DNA of 64,000 nt, from the NCBI RefSeq assembly GCF_009834535.1, contig NC_045696.1:87236001-87300000 (forward strand), given 5' to 3'. A program made the position numbers and the translations under genes. Origin of the DNA: Camelus ferus. Its lineage: Eukaryota. A model generated the notes under the pieces. It made no database searches. It had not been told where the DNA came from and saw nothing but the letters and a program-made list of their open reading frames with translations. Below are positions 63,562-64,000 of the stretch, piece after piece. Positions within the stretch are counted from its first letter, which is position 1; each line of letters opens with the position of its first letter.

Positions 63562-64000
63562 CATGATAGGAGGAATTCAAAGATGTGTCCCAGATTCCTG
63601 TCCCCCTTGGGAACACACACCTTTTGTCAGTTATTCAATTAAATAATAATTGAGGTGCTGTTATAATCTTATTTTGTAGATGTAATTAAGGTTTTAAAGC
63701 AGTTGACCTTAAGATAGAAAGGTTATCTTTGGGGAGCTTCACTTAATCAGGTTAGCCCATATAAGCATCAGACTCTTCCTGGTGAGAGATTCAAAGTCAG
63801 ATTCTAAACATGAGATAGATTCAGTGTGAGGGAGATTTTTCATTGCTATCTTGCAAGATAGAGAAGGCCACATGGCAAGGAATTTAGATGGCCTTTGGGA
63901 GAGGAAAATAACCCTTGGCTGACAGCCAGTAAGGAAACAGAGACCTCATTCCTAGGGCTACAAGAAACAGTTCTGCCAACAACTTGAAGGAGCTTGGAAA
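63562..64000 (+). mobile_element. MaLR LTR (MLT1E-like); runs off the right edge
   Basis: gaattcaaagatg...gatgtaattaagg...cagttgaccttaagata...ccacatggcaaggaa...ggctgacagccagtaaggaaac...ttctgccaacaacttgaaggagcttggaa. Confidence 0.9.

Overview
AT-rich, CpG-depleted placental-mammal genomic DNA with no recognisable host protein-coding gene, most consistent with an intergenic region or a large intron. The L1 3' ends resemble cetartiodactyl L1s, and the youngest one resembles camelid L1 from memory; I saw no ruminant or pig SINEs, so the taxon is an inference. Roughly half the window is LINE-1 of several ages in both orientations, plus MIR, L2, MaLR/ERVL LTRs, and Tigger and MER5 DNA-transposon derivatives. 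The clearest items are: (1) a full-length U1 snRNA retropseudogene with a perfect 17-bp target-site duplication (40670-40837); (2) a heavily decayed class I (gamma/epsilon-like) endogenous retrovirus whose gag, pro, RT, RNase H, integrase and env-TM motifs are still readable in order (about 48850-53850) and which is split by an old L1; (3) a compound L1 with two 3' ends inside one apparent TSD pair and a Tigger2-type MITE in its 5' UTR; (4) an L1 5' UTR fused directly to a 3' end; (5) three in-place micro-inversions and three perfect 17-22 bp hairpins that look like template-switch products. The supplied ORFs are short and appear to be repeat-derived or chance. I found no evidence of an intact novel biological system. 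Repeat subfamily names come from recognising sequence by eye, not from a database search, and most boundaries are approximate.
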